From assembly GCF_009834535.1 (NCBI RefSeq), contig NC_045697.1:63738001-63802000 (forward strand): a DNA stretch of 64,000 nt, read 5' to 3'. Positions within the stretch are counted from its first letter, which is position 1. Each line of letters begins with the position of its first letter. This document shows, piece after piece, positions 13,116 through 26,789 of the stretch. Position numbers and translations under genes: made by a program. The notes beneath the pieces are model-generated. The model saw only the letters and a program-made list of their open reading frames with translations, was not told where the DNA came from and ran no database searches. The DNA comes from Camelus ferus (Eukaryota).

Positions 13116-16100
13116 AAGTAGATTTTTTAAAATGTCTACTTAACCCAGGCGTGAGAATTAGCTCTGTTAAAACATTTCAAATTCAGACCCGCAATAAATC
13201 ACAAGAGGCCTAATAAAAGTCTGAGTTTAAGCCCAGAATATATTGAATGTAGCTTCTCCTTAAAAATAAAAAACAAAAGTCGCTTTCATGGATATTTTAG
13301 ATAATGAATAGACTGAAAGTGTATTCCAATATACAGGCACTTGATACCTATCTATCCATTTATTTCTATAATGGGAGAAAAAAACTATGGATAGATTATA
13401 GTGAGATCTATAGATAATTTCTATCTAAAAGTAAATTTTCCATATATAATGTTTTTAAAATACTTTTTCCTAATAAGGTAATGCAAATTCACTGTCATAA
13501 GTATAGGTAATAGGTATAAACAAAATGTATAAAATAAATCCATAAAATTCAACATCCAAAGATACCACTGTTAACCCTCCAACGATTAGGAGGCTGTTTT
13601 CTATTTCCCTTGTTTATTTACACAAGAACACTTAGAAGGGGAAATTTAGGAGAAACATACCATAACTCCAACACACTGTCCATCTTTCAGTATTTTTCCT
13701 TTCACATATTTTCCTAGTTCTTTATGTGTAAATGTAATATACACTCATATTTGTGTTTTTATACTTTACAATAATGAAAATTTCTAAACATTTGTCAGTT
13801 TCACATTAGCAAAAACATTTCAGTGGCTTAATATTATAAAGTAGCTTAAATAATCATAGAAGGAAAGTAAGTGATAATTTCAAATGTGAAATTTATGTGG
13901 CCCTAAAATAAAATATGTGCTATTTTATTTATTAGGAAATAGTCATAATTTAGAATGATATGGTACTTTCAAAGTTTCACATATTCAGTTATAGAATAGA
14001 CAGGATGAGAATGGATGTTTTATATGAATGCTATTGAAGACTGGCAGACAATGGAGATAAGAACTATTTTGTCACGGTTATGAGATTATCAGCTGTGCTG
14101 TCTCTGTTTACTAACCATGTAGCACTATGTACTTCATAGCAGAGTACTCAACACAAGTATGGATGGTAATAAAGTAAAAAGATTAATCTAAGATTGAAGA
14201 TACAGTGGCTGGATGCAAAAAAAACCTAGACAAGGTAGGTTTTTCAGGATGTATTTTTGTTGTCATTCAGGAGAATAGAGTCATGAAAGCAAGCATGTCT
14301 AGGAAGATGCTTTAGGACAAAGATCATTTATCCTCAGTTTGACAAGAGTTCTTTGTAATTGACTCAGTCCCTGCTTCTGCTGTCTTCCCCTGGGTAGCAA
14401 CAAGCTGAACCATGTGTCCTCTTACACAAAGTACAGTCAGAGACAGGTGCTCGGCCAAAAAGCATGGTGCTTTCAAATTTGAATCTGCAAATAATCCACA
14501 AATCCTCATGATGCCTCTCTCAAGTTACCAAGGGCACCATATGGATAAAATAAGTCCAGGCAATATATGAGAGAGAACTGAGGGATCCTGAAAAATCTGA
14601 ATTTAATCAGCTTGACTGTTCAGGAGACTGTGCTCCTCCTCTTTTGAAGCAGGTTCCTGTAACTGTACTGACCATGTGCCAAATAATCAGCCTCCCCTCG
14701 TTTGTCATTCTGCTGCAGGTGCATTTCCTCAGAAAGGCCATGAGCTTAAGTATTATCATTCACACAGAGATCAATTTCTTTTGACAGCAAAGTGTTGCAG
14801 GCACAAATTTGCATTTGCAGTGTGGTGATTTTTTTAAAAAATTCTACAATTTGGAGATTTTGAATGCCCTTGCTGCTTCTTTTACTGCCTTTACTATCCT
14901 TTATACATTCTGCAGCTGAAAAGAAAACTTTCAGTTCTACTAAGCATTACCCAGTTGTATTTATTTTGTAAAATTATTTTGAATCTAATAAAGTATTTCC
15001 CAGCTCAGGGTAGTTCTGTCTCCTGGGTAATGATCAAGTATGTACCGACTGGTCATGGTTAATCAAAGAATTACACAAATGTATTAGAACCAGATGTTTA
15101 ATTCAATCAAGCGAATAGTTCTTGCACCCTCACTAGATCTAAGGTATTGCTATGGATGCAATGGAATATTGATGCACCTCAGATGTCAAAAATCATATTG
15201 CTTTTGGGCACATATAAGGTCACATTAACATAAATGCTCAAATTCCCATTGCACTTACAACACTCCTGGACCCTTAGCCCTTTTGAAAAGTGCCCCAATA
15301 AAATATTTATGGCAGATGCCCAAGAATCTAAGTGTTGAGTTTAATCCTGTTAGTCCTGTGGCTGGTCTCCCACGTGAAACCAATGGGCTCTCCTGTGAGA
15401 ATGCTGCTCTTCCAGTAAAATCTGCTTTGATCCAGTCTTACATGTTTCCTCCTCAATTATTTCCTTCAGTTTTGGTCTCTCTAATCCCTCTCTGCAGGGC
15501 TCACAACAAAAACATCCAAATCCGTGACATCCTTTTGTAATATTAGTGTAAATATTAGACTGTCCCTCATTTCGTGAGGCTCTTATACTCAATTCTATTC
15601 GCTCTTCCAACTTAAAAAAAAATTAATTTGCACATTTTACAAAGATAAATAGATAAAGTATTGACGTTTATATCTGTCACTTCTTGAATTTTCTTCAGGC
15701 TCACCTGAAGCCTCTCCCACCAAACAAAAGTAATTCATACTTTAGTGGTCTAACTGGGGTTGTTACTAGACGCGAGCATCATATGATTGGGAAGGTAAAA
15801 CGTGAGTGACTCATTTTGGAGATGAAAACGATAAACAAGAAATGTTTGGTTCTAATCCCAAGGGTCAAATAAGATGTTGCATTGGGGAGAGCATTATAGT
15901 TGAGGATAGAAGAGTGAGTCAGATTTTGAGTTAATTTAGAGAGCGGAAAGTGGAGTGATGAGCTCTGTTTACTCAGGTTAGAGTACAGAAGACAGAGAAG
16001 TGAAAGGACCTGTAACTCCAAGTTTCTGAATGTTCTCTGGATAGAAGGCTAAGGGGAAAGCCACTGTGTGAAAGCAAAGTTAGCCTAGACCCAGACTGTG

Positions 16101-16189
16101 ATGATTTTAAATGCTTTGTATTCTATACCCAACATTGTGAATTTTCTCAGGGACATCACCAGGAATTCTGAATAGAATGATTTATTTAT

Positions 16190-16665
16190 GTTTCAAGTAA
16201 TAGAGGAAGACCTGACTGAAAGAGACACTAGGACATGTATTATCTTATACAACAAGAAGGTGTAGGGATAAGGTGGATTTGGGAATGGTAAACTGAATCA
16301 TTCCGTGAAAACATTCCTTTAACTCCACTTAGTTGCAATTCTTTTCCCTCATTATTTCTGTGTGGTTGAATTAATTTCAAGCATCACATTCACAGTCAAG
16401 TGTCCCAAAGTAGAGGTTTAAGCTTTTCTCTCTCATGTACTTTATTAAGAACATTGCCTAGAAATTTTACCCAATAGACCCCCTCCTCTTGTGTCAATGG
16501 CCAAAATCCTTCCATAAATCTGTTTAAAAAATGATCACTAATACGGGATTGAAATTGTGATTCCCATATTTCCCAATATAAGACGCCACCTGATACTGAA
16601 CAAAATCATGGTTATATTAGCAAGGAAGAAATTGGGAGAAGGATAACCAGCTATGTCTGACTAAG
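16190..16665 (-). mobile_element. Old MaLR LTR (MLT1K/L-like)
   Basis: CCCCTCCTCTTGTGTCAATGGCCAAAAT and CTGAACAAAATCATGGTTATATTAGCAAGGAAGAA match MLT1 antisense motifs. Boundaries approximate. Confidence 0.55.
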
Positions 16666-18049
16666 AAATAACAAGATGAGGGCTGCATTTTAGAGAACTA
16701 ACTATGGAAATAGAGTTTTGGATAAGTTAGAGGATGTAAAGTCTAGAAACTAAGAAGTCTTAAGAGTTTAATGCAATAATAATGTAAGAGAAAACGGAAA
16801 TGTAAACTAAGGCGTGGAATGAAAATTAGTGGGCAGAGTGATGGGTAAAGAAGAATTTCAGATAAAGCACAGACATCACCAGTGGTCTCTTAGACATGAG
16901 ATAACCCCAGGGTTGAAAATGGAAATTTAGTAATATCATTAACTGAGCTGATAAAAACAAGAGTAGAATAGGGAGAAATGGTTACTATGTGCATGCTGGT
17001 ACGCTGATCATTACCTTGAGAAAATGATGAATCCATTCTCTTTCATCTGCATTGAGAAACTTAACTAGAAACTGTATTGATTAGGAACTTTAAAATTCTA
17101 GACATGAAGGTTTTCCTTAGAAGTGAATTTATTCTTTATATGTTGTCTTTTTTCAATACCTCTTTAAATTCAGTTCAAGAAATGTTTTATGAATAATTAT
17201 TTTAATAAAGGTTTGCTGACAATATAAACAGAGCTCTAACTCGTCTCAGGTATATAGTTTTAACAAACACTTTGAATACTTATCATTTAAGAAAAATTAA
17301 GAGTATGCTAGCAGTACAGAGAAAGACTAGATAAAGGAAACTGTTTTATACCTGAACAGGTTCTTGTCTTTCCTAAAGATTTATCATGGTGATCTGCTTT
17401 TTTTCTTTCCTTTGTAGCTTCTTTCCTTCTTAGTCCTCTTGGTGACTTCTGTCTGTCTCTTTCATATAGCTTTTCATCTTTACATTGTGTAATATTTTAT
17501 ACAATGTATCTAAAATTCTATCACAAAATAAATTTAATATGTTTAATAGTCTCAATTAATCCATACCTCTCTGATCCTTTCAAAGGCTTACTTGGTATAT
17601 GACTGAACAGCTGACTAAAAAAGCCTTGCATGTTGCAAGAGAGGCACTTACCTATTTTCCCACTATTGGAAAGGAAATAATCAATTTTTTATATGAATTG
17701 CTAATGTTAATAATGACTAGTTAAAGATCTGAACATAAGATAAAAAGTTGCGGGAATTAAGTTGCTCTCAGTTATTATTTAAGCATATCATTTCAGTTAA
17801 AATATTTTATATACCTAATTTTCTTTCCATACCTCTATCTAAAACTCTGATACATCATGAAAAGACATGAAATAGACATTCACATACCATATTTACAAAA
17901 ATAATAAAAATAAGTAATTCTTGTGGATATGTATATTTGTGTATGTATATTAGAGAAAACAAACACATAATTCTTGTGGATCTGAATGTGTACACATGTT
18001 TTAAAGAAAACAGTGCTTAAGAGACACTTACTTTGGTTCTGAAACAATG

Positions 18050-18665
18050 GTGTGAATAACAGAATAATAACATCTAATATACCACCCATATTCAGATTTT
18101 CCTGACTGTCCTCAAAATGTCATTTGTAGCTATTTTAATTTTATTTTTTCAGTGTGAGCTCTAGTTAAGACTCATGTATTATATTTAGTTTTCGTGGTAC
18201 TTTAATCTCCCTTCATCTAAATAGTCCTTCCCACCTTTACATATCCCTGATGTTAATATTTTTGAAGATTCCAGCTCTGTTGTTGTGTAGAACATGTCTC
18301 AATCTGGCTCTGTCTCATAGTTTCCTCATCATTGGATTCAGTCTATTTGTGGCAAGAACATTACATAGGTGGTATGTATACAAGCAACAGATAATATCCT
18401 TTTTCTTAGGAGATACTTCACACTTAAATAGTTCAGCATGTATCACGTGTGCAACTACTTTCAGATGGTTCAGCAAAAGGAAAAAAAAAAACTGTACATG
18501 TATGTATTTGTCTGTATCTCTCTAGAGAGAGATTTGAAAAAAATAATCAGATACAGAGTAAGAGATAAAGCGAGTAGTAACAATGGGTGAATCTAGACAA
18601 TGATCATTGAACTAGTTCTTTTAACTTTCCAGTAGTTGTGAAACATTTCCAAGAAAAAGCTGTGG
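18050..18665. mobile_element. Ancient L1ME/L1MC relics (minus-strand piece ~18050-18370, plus-strand 3' end ~18420-18665)
   Basis: TTGAAGATTCCAGCTCTGTTGTTGTGTAGAACATGTCTCAATCTGG and GCAACTACTTTCAGATGGTTCAG...AATGGGTGAATCTAG are typical of old L1 3'UTRs. Confidence 0.55.
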
Positions 18666-18724
18666 AAACAATGGGGTAGGAGCGTGAGAGGAACAACAAA
18701 CACGATAGAGTTGGTACACTGAGA

Positions 18725-18860
18725 TAGAACAGCCATTCAGCCACTTGCTGGCTCTGTGATTTTGGATAAATCACTGAAAATATCTGAGCTCATATATCTC
18801 AACTTGAAAATGAGGATGAAAATACTGAGTTTATATGCTGTGTTAAAGATTTAAAAAGAT
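18725..18860 (+). mobile_element. MIR SINE relic
   Basis: GCCACTTGCTGGCTCTGTGATTTTGGATAAATCACT...TCTGAGCTC...AAAATGAGGATGAAAATAC matches the MIR core. Confidence 0.6.
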
Positions 18861-20234
18861 ACCAGATACTGAAGCTTTTTACACAGCAGAGCTGAATGTA
18901 GAATAACAAACAATTGCTGGCTCTTCTCAGACTGAAAGCCGAGTGCATTCTAATACCTTACTTCAGAAGGATCTGGGAAATGAGTAAGAGATAAATTCAT
19001 CATTCTGAAAAGTGACAGAAGTTTAAATTGGCTTGTTGTTCTATTAGAGAAATGAATTTTGCATTGTTTAAATGACCTTGGTGACTGTAAACAAAATGAC
19101 GTTCAAGGGTAACTGGCGTATAGTTTGTTAATTTAGGAAATCAATTAAAAAACAGACAAATGTAAGATGAATAAGGGTTCTTACAGTGTATAAAAGGTCA
19201 TAGAGGGCATTAATGTAAACATGTGAATAATGCAGCGCTGAATCTAAATTAGGAAACTGACACTAGGCCATGTAAATGCTAACATTATAGCAGTAGAGAA
19301 CTCCCTCTAACTTTAGATTGATTTCACAATTTTCCTGAAACCCGAATGAGGTCTGAAGAAATGATTCACTCTATGGGTAGATATTTATCAAACACCTTTT
19401 TTTCCTTCTAAGCCCTCTGTTCGTGTTGCAATATAAAAATGAGTGAGATGAACCTCCCTGCCATCAAGGAGTTCACAGTCAAGTGGAGCAGACATATATA
19501 GGCAATTACACTGATGTCTTCCCTTGGGGTAACTACTGGCTTTGGGAGCTCATTTCAAAGCAGCATCTAAACGTTTCTTCCAGTATTGAGACAGTTTTGT
19601 GAAAGTAGTTAGATTTAAGCTGAGATAGAACTTTTGGTTTGGAACAGATGATTTCATATCTAAAAGGGGGGAAAATAAAACTACTCATGACCTTAAAATA
19701 CATGACCTTTTAGAGACTTAGGGCTCTTTTACTCTTAGTTTTTTATACATTTTAGGTCAACAGTTAATAAGAAAATGTATACTGAAATAAGTTCCTGTTA
19801 GGAAGTTTATTAGCTGTAGGTTTGTATTTCTTGGGGATAGAATCCTTGCTGCCTGATTGGGTTGGGGGCTCATCTATGTTTGAAACAAATTCACTAGCAT
19901 ACTGAAGCTAAACTATGCTATTTCAAATTTTATTTAAAAGAGTGAAGAGTCCTGGGTGTTGTTATTCAAGTAAAAGTTTTTGCTCTTGTTCTTCCTCTTT
20001 CTCTTCTTCTATTGTCCTTTCTTTTCTTAAAAAAAAAAATTAATTGGTTTTATTCTTTTCTTCTTCCATTCCAGTCCCTTTCCCTTCCCTTCCATTCTTT
20101 TGAAGTAAGGTCTGATGAGCCAGGAACAAAGAGGGTTCAGTTGTGATCCTCAGTGGGCCTGAGGAGTCATTCATTGGAGTGAGGAAACAAGTGATGGAGT
20201 CAGAGATTAAGTTACACAGGATATGTGCAAGCAA

Positions 20235-21175
20235 ATAAATGTATTGATAATGGGCATTGATTTCTCACTGTTAGAGAAGAGATTTACAAATATGGAACTA
20301 GTGAAGGCAGATTGACAGATTGACATCTGTGGTGTTGGGTTGGACTTGCAGGCATTGATACGAACTTTTGGTTTTGAATAGATAGGAAAAATATTTAGGT
20401 AGATGGATGTCTGTCTGTGTGTGGGGTTCTACATACACCTAGCTTTGCTTTTGAGAGGACCAAAAACAATGACATCCAGAAGCAATGTTTTCACCAAGTA
20501 CCCATTTCTTAAATACCACTCTCTACTCAAAGACTTGGAGGTACTTGGAGGAATCTCTAGTTATAGGGGCAGGGTAGTGAAAGTTCAAGATGAGTCTGTA
20601 CACCACCTTGTTTTACAAACCAGTGCTCATAAGATGATGAAAAAAAAAAAAAAAAAGGTAGGAGTCAGCCTTAAGAGTCTTCATGGAGCAAATAGAGGAA
20701 AATTTGAGCATCAAATACTGATAATAACAGATTATTACCTATTGAATAAAATAAAAACACTTGAGTCCCTATTTGCATAAAGAAATAAATATTAATTAAA
20801 CAGGGAGAAGGGAAACCCTTACAGTAGAACACTTGCTAATAAATATAGAAGGAATGGTGAATTTGAAAATCACTATTTGACAGACAACCAATATACCAAT
20901 AATTTATTTAGGTAAGAATTGTCAATGGGTGCTAACTAGACAGTGAAAATATGTTGAGAATAGAATAATCTTAGAATCTCAAAAGAGCACCCCACAATTA
21001 TTTGTTAATTACGAAGGGAAATGGTAACTGCAGTGATTGTTGACACCATCATCATAAACAAAGCATCACTAGTAATGTGACAATTTGACATCATTTTTGT
21101 AATATACCTAATAAAAGTGCAGAATCTGAGACTAATCATAAAGAGATGTCAGGTAAACTAAAATTGAGAAGTAAG
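20235..21175 (+). mobile_element. Ancient L1M (L1MC/L1MD-like) 3'UTR relic
   Basis: GGGCATTGATTTCTCACTGTTAGAGAAG, CCTAGCTTTGCTTTTGAGAGGACC...AATGACATCCAG and CCTTACAGTAGAACACTTGCTAATAAATATAGAAGGAATG resemble old L1 3' ends. Confidence 0.6.
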
Positions 21176-22429
21176 ATACTCACGAGTAGGGACCCTGGGT
21201 GCTGTGTGAAGGCAGTTATTTATATTGTTTTTCCTCTTGTCAGTATAGACTAACATCTAAGTATAGATTAACATCTCCTAGTTCACTTATAAAACCTCTC
21301 ACCACCTTCATAGAGTTGTAATGTGTTCCAAATATTGAATTATAGGCAAGGAGATTTCTTTGCCTTTTTGAAATTATTAACAAAATTTAACCAAGTCTTC
21401 TTTCCCCTTTATTTCTCTCTCATTTCTCCCTTTCTTCTGCCTTTTTTCTCCTTTTCTTAGCCTTCACTTCTGACTTCCTTTCATTTTTCTTCTCATCTTC
21501 CTATATTTATTCCTAAAATTTTACTATTGCTATTTTAGCTCTTTCCTGCCACTTTATCCCATTTGCCATGAATAAAACTAATGGAGATACATTTAAAAAC
21601 ACCAAATAAAAAATGCAAAAACTGTGTTTCGTTGCTAATTTCTAATTCCTGTCTTAAACGTGTGGATTTGTGTGTGGATTTGTGTATATTATTATATGAT
21701 CACTATCTTATCTGACTTTGGGAAATTGAGATTGAGTTTTTGTTCTTTTGAATGATTTCCTGCAAATTATTTATTTTCTCTGTATCTTAATTTCTACAAT
21801 TTCAGAATATAACTAATGAAATCTGAATCTTTTTTTAAAAAATGGTCTTATGTATTACATTGATGACTATGAACTTATAAGATACAGTCTGTCTTTAATT
21901 GTGTACAGCAGTCATCAGTTCATTATAAATGAACAAGATTAGGAAATCATAATATTGGAAATCACAAGTCCCAAATATTTGATAATCCCTGCAATAGTCA
22001 CGAGGCCACATTTCAAAGAGGCCTCCAAAACTTCAAATCCGATCTCATGGGATTCTATGTGTTCATTAAATTCTTTCCCACATTAAATTGCCAATTAATG
22101 GAAGTGACACCCAGGCAAACTCACCACGTCCAAGATTCAGTAGCAGATACCTGATTAGATGTCTCCTCCTTTTTCCAACCAATTTATAAGGATTTATTAT
22201 AAAAAGTGCTTGTCTACCTTATTATAAATAAGTTAAATTCAAATAAATGGTGTGGTGACAAGTATTTTTACTTTGTACTATGAATCTATTCAAATGTATT
22301 TTGTTGTAAATATATTCTGATTGGTTAAATTGTTTGAAGCACTTTCTAGGACACAAATATAACATTTCACATGTTAACATCCATATGCTAAATCCCAAGT
22401 GATCTTACTCCATTTTTTAAACTTTTTTT

Positions 22430-22432
<3 letters not shown>

Positions 22433-22462
<30 letters not shown>
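22433..22462. repeat. Poly(T)30 tract
   Basis: Uninterrupted T run bounded by ACTTTTT-type direct repeats. Confidence 0.9.
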
Positions 22463-22468
<6 letters not shown>

Positions 22469-23459
22469 TAAACTAAAGCAATAGTTTGGGAAAAGAAAGT
22501 GATTGGGAGAGGTAGCGATAGGTTAAAAAAATACTGTTAAAGAAGTGTCTTTGTAAGCCTTTTGCAAATCTATCATTATGTGATGAAAACCTTAGGGAAA
22601 ATGGCCAGAAATGGAGATAAAATTGCTAGATTTGAGATTAAATACAGGCACATAGGGAAAATGATCCAAGCACTATTAATTGTCTGTTTTGTGCTCGGCA
22701 TAGTGCCGTATGCTTTCCTCAGAACAGCCATTTGAGAAGGATTTATTTCTTTAATTTGTGGAAGAAGCAAATTTTAATGAAAGACTGAGTAGTATTTCTG
22801 AATGTTCTACCTGGGATTTGCATTTTTTCTTTTAACAAGTTTTAAGCAGAAAGAAAAAAGATGGAAAGAGAAGAATCCAGAAAAGGGTATAAATGTATTC
22901 ATTGCAGTAGGGATCTTAGGAATGAAGTATTGGAATCCCAAAGTGTTCTGATTAATACAAGCTATCTTTCAACACCTCTGGCAGAATGCATAGAAAATAA
23001 CACAAAAATTTGAAGTCACATTTAAGAGCAGAGTTGATAAGTACAACTTAGGAAACTAAATTTTAGAAAATGATAAACTAAACAGTTACCTAAGGTCTAA
23101 TATAGATTTGTGATAGGCAAGAAGAACAGTGATTAAAACTAAGAGTGACACAATTGATTTCCTAAAACCCTTTTGTATAAATTGCCAGCTACTATTTTTT
23201 AGCTGGCCTATTGGGACTAGTTTCCTTTATAGCTTCTTGTTTTGAGAAAGGAGAAAGTTCTTATTCATGAGTAAAGTTAGCTGAGGAGAAATTACATGTG
23301 CCCTGGGATTAAGTAAAATATTTCTTACTGAATTTGTAAAATGAAATGACTTCTAAAATAGTTCTTCCACAGGTGTACAGAAATACTGAAAAATCATGCT
23401 TTATTCCTAATAGTGTATGTGAATTTTTTTTTAATTTAGATACCAGGTCTTTTTTTCAA

Positions 23460-24409
23460 ATTAAACAAATTATTTTCCTCCTTTTGGTGCTCTGAGACCC
23501 AGCTGCACTGTGTGTGTTGGGGGATGGGGGTGGTGCACACAGTTTCCCATACAACACCAAGCAATTCTCAGACACAAGAAGATAGAATTGGATTCCAAAA
23601 GTAAAGGGATCATTCCCTCAAGACCACCCTCCACTTCAGAGGCCAGTCATAAACTCAGGTGTTACCTGTGCTTCTGACTGGCTACAAATGAGAGGGTCCC
23701 ACTACCTCTTCCTTGGGTTCAGTTAATTTGCTAGAACAGCTCACAGAACTCAGGAAAACCCATTTACCCACTAGAGTGCCAATTGATTACAAAGGATTTT
23801 AAAGCATATGAATCAACAGTCAGATGAAAAGATACATAGGGTGAGGTCCCTGTCAAAGGAGCTTCTGTCCTTGTGGTGCTTGGGGCCTGGCATGGTGGCA
23901 CCTGGAGCCTCGAACCCCTTCCTTTTGGGTTTTTACAGAGGCTTCATTATGTAGACGATTGATTAACTCATTGGCCATTGATGAATCACACTTTAGCCTT
24001 TCTCCTCTCCCCGGAATTCATGGAGTGAGACTGAAAGTACCAACCCTCTATTCACGGTAGATGTCCCTGGTACCCAGCCCCTGTCCTTAGGTGCTTTGCA
24101 AAAGTCACTTTCATTTATGTAAATCCGGTTGTGGTGGAGAGGGCTTGTTATGTAAAACAAAACATCTCTCATCTTTATGGCTCTGAAACTCGAAAGCATT
24201 TTCAGGAACTAACGACAAGAAACCAAAAATAACAAATGATACTCTTATGTCTCCTATCACTCAGGAAATTCCAAGGGTTTTGGGAGCAATGAACCAGAAA
24301 CTGTGGATAAAGACCTAATATATTTTGACCATCTGAGATAGACACACACACAGACACACATTTCCTATAAATCACTATATATATTTCTTATAAATCACAA
24401 TGTCCCACA
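23460..24409 (-). mobile_element. MER21-like solo LTR
   Basis: Characteristic segments CACCAAGCAATTCT, CTTGGGTTCAGTTAATTTGCTAGAACAGCTCACAGAACTCAGG and CTCAGGAAATTCCAAGGGTTTTGGGAGC, and the terminus TTATAAATCACAATGTCCCACA. Left boundary approximate. Confidence 0.8.
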
Positions 24410-25834
24410 CTTATACTGTACCATTTGATATTTGAAAATACAGTATAATGATGAGGAAAAAATAATAGAGAAGGAGAAAATTAAAAGACTATTTAATTTT
24501 AGAGAATTTGTTATAGCTTTATAAATAATACTCAAAATATCAAATATGTTTGATTTAACGTATTAGTGATATTAGTTAATAATGGTCTTTAATAATAAAA
24601 TTATTTTCTAAGCTTTTATTTTGATTTTCAGATTTAGGATAATTTTTAGAAGCTATACCTTGTTAATTACCCTATATTTTTGGTATTAGAATATATTTAC
24701 ATTCCCTTTGTCTGAGTCAGTCTAAAAAAAATAAAATCTTCACCTTTTGGAATTCAAATAAGTAATTATTTATCATGTTTGTATAAGGAGGGGATTTTGA
24801 GCATTCCATACAAGCATCACCTTCCTCCAAGTGAAAATTAATTATTCAATGAAAGTGACACCATTTGTGGCAATAACTGTTAGAGACTGAAGACCACATT
24901 TTTACATCGATTGCCTTTGGTGACTGCACTCCGTTCCCATGTGATGTTCTAATGTAGCCTGTTACTGAGGAAGCCATCTAGTTAAATCCTATTTTAGTCC
25001 TTCATAAAAAGATACAAATGAACATCAGAAAATTTTTCATAAATTAGTAAAATAATTCATAGCATACTGTGACATCTGTCAAGAGACACAAAATGCTACA
25101 TGTAAAATACTAAAAATGCTAATTGAAGGAGTATGTTAAGAGTTAAGAACTGAAGTAAATTCCTAGGCAGACACTTCCACATATTCCTTAAAACAAAGTT
25201 TTCTCATACTCTCTATACATTTTCTCTAGCAGAGATAGAGTGTGAGGATACAACTAAGAGTGTTTCTGTCTAGAATTTAGGGTTGTTTTAATTGCATGCT
25301 TTACTCTTAGGGTAACACAAATGATATCATAGAATATAGAGTTGAAAAGGCTCCTATAATGTCTTTCAAAATTTAAGTAAATTTATGATAGTACAATATA
25401 CCCAATGCAAAAAACTTTACTATAGCAACCCTTAGAGTCTCCCATCACTGATGTAAGAATCGTCTCTATCTTTCAAGGTGGTCTGATTTTTTTTTTTTAT
25501 ATATATATACTTTTAATTGCTCTAAAGTCCTTTTTTCAGTTGACATACTCCAGACAGAGTTCTGGGAGTCCGAATTCTATCAGTGAGCTCCACAGACTGG
25601 GCTCTTTACCTTTAGGAGCTTGACTCTGATGGAAGTAGACTTAGGGGAAAAAAATTTTTTTTAAACCTGTATTTCTCTAAAGCCTCTTAATTGTCAGAAA
25701 TTATCAAAAATAAATTTTTAAAAATAGTAGTGAATAAATAAGCAAGTACACATAATAAGACAAATATCAGATAATGACAACGGCTTTATAGAGATTTGAA
25801 ATTGGATGGTGTAAACATATTGATGCCTGATTTT

Positions 25835-26040
25835 TCTTTAGTACTGCTCTGTGTCAGGCACAATTCTAAGTGCTTATTTAACCTTTTTAACTGTTCTGTG
25901 TACTATGCTAACATAATCCCCAGTTTGCAGATGTGGAAACAGGGGCTCAGAGGGGTATATAAATCACCTAAAATCACATAGCTATTAAGTAGCAAAACCA
26001 TCATTCAATCTCAGTTTTTTCCCAGAGCTCATGTTTATTA
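25835..26040 (-). mobile_element. MIR SINE relic
   Basis: TGTGTCAGGCACAATTCTAAGTGCTT...ATCCCCAGTTTGCAGATGTGGAAACAGGGGCTCAGAGGGG...CACCTAAAATCACATAGCTATTAAGTAGCA is the antisense MIR core. Confidence 0.75.
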
Positions 26041-26592
26041 CTTAAGTAATATATGCTTCCATTAGCCTTTATAGCATTAAAAAAATCCTGAAACCTAGAG
26101 GCTTAAAACAATATTCTGTAATTCTAAGAGTTGGTCAAGATAAATTTGAGCTGCACACCACATATCCACTTGAAGATGTCAAGAACTTTGAGAATATGAA
26201 TCTACAGTTCAGTTGAGATATCAGAGATGAACATATAATTTGGGAGGTCAGCTTTCCAATGACTTTGATCTAAATGATCTTATATTTGTCTTTTGGATTG
26301 ATAAAGAACAAATTATCTCTCTCTTCTTGCTAAGTCCTCACATATTTCAGAATAGTTAATTATATCTTCCTTTATTGCTTTAGTCTCTTACTGAAACTCA
26401 GAAACAATTGTACGATAGAAAGCAGAACACAACATTGAAGGGGAAAGAGAAATTATCAAAATTAAAGAAATAGCAACACATAGAGTTTAGAATAAATGAA
26501 AATTTTCCAATAAAGGAAATTCAGGAACAAGACCATATTTGGATAGAATCATAGAAATTTGTGCTTAAAAGTATTTTTAAAAAGTGAACACT

Positions 26593-26720
26593 GGGGGAGG
26601 GTGTAATTCAGTGGTAGAGTGCCTGCTTAGCATGCAAGAGATCCTGGGTTCAATCCCTAGTGCCTCCATCAAAATAAAAAAAAATAAACCTAACTACCAC
26701 TCCCCCCACCAAAAAAAAAA
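26593..26720 (+). mobile_element. tRNA-derived SINE, vic-1-like (camelid)
   Basis: GGGGGAGGGTGTAATTCAGTGGTAGAGTGCCTGCTTAGCATGCAAGAGATCCTGGGTTCAATCCC has Pol III A and B boxes in a tRNA-Ala-like head and is followed by an A-rich tail. 14-bp TSD AAAAAGTGAACACT at 26579-26592 and 26721-26734, at a TTTT/AAAA site. Confidence 0.92.
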
Positions 26721-26789
26721 AAAAAGTGAACACTAAAACTAAGGAATAAAATTTTAATATTTTTAGTATTAAGTTATAAATATTTTGAA

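Noticed and set aside
26593..26667. tRNA-Ala-like sequence
   Set aside because: It has an A-rich tail and a 14-bp TSD and a degenerate cloverleaf, so it is a SINE and not a tRNA gene.
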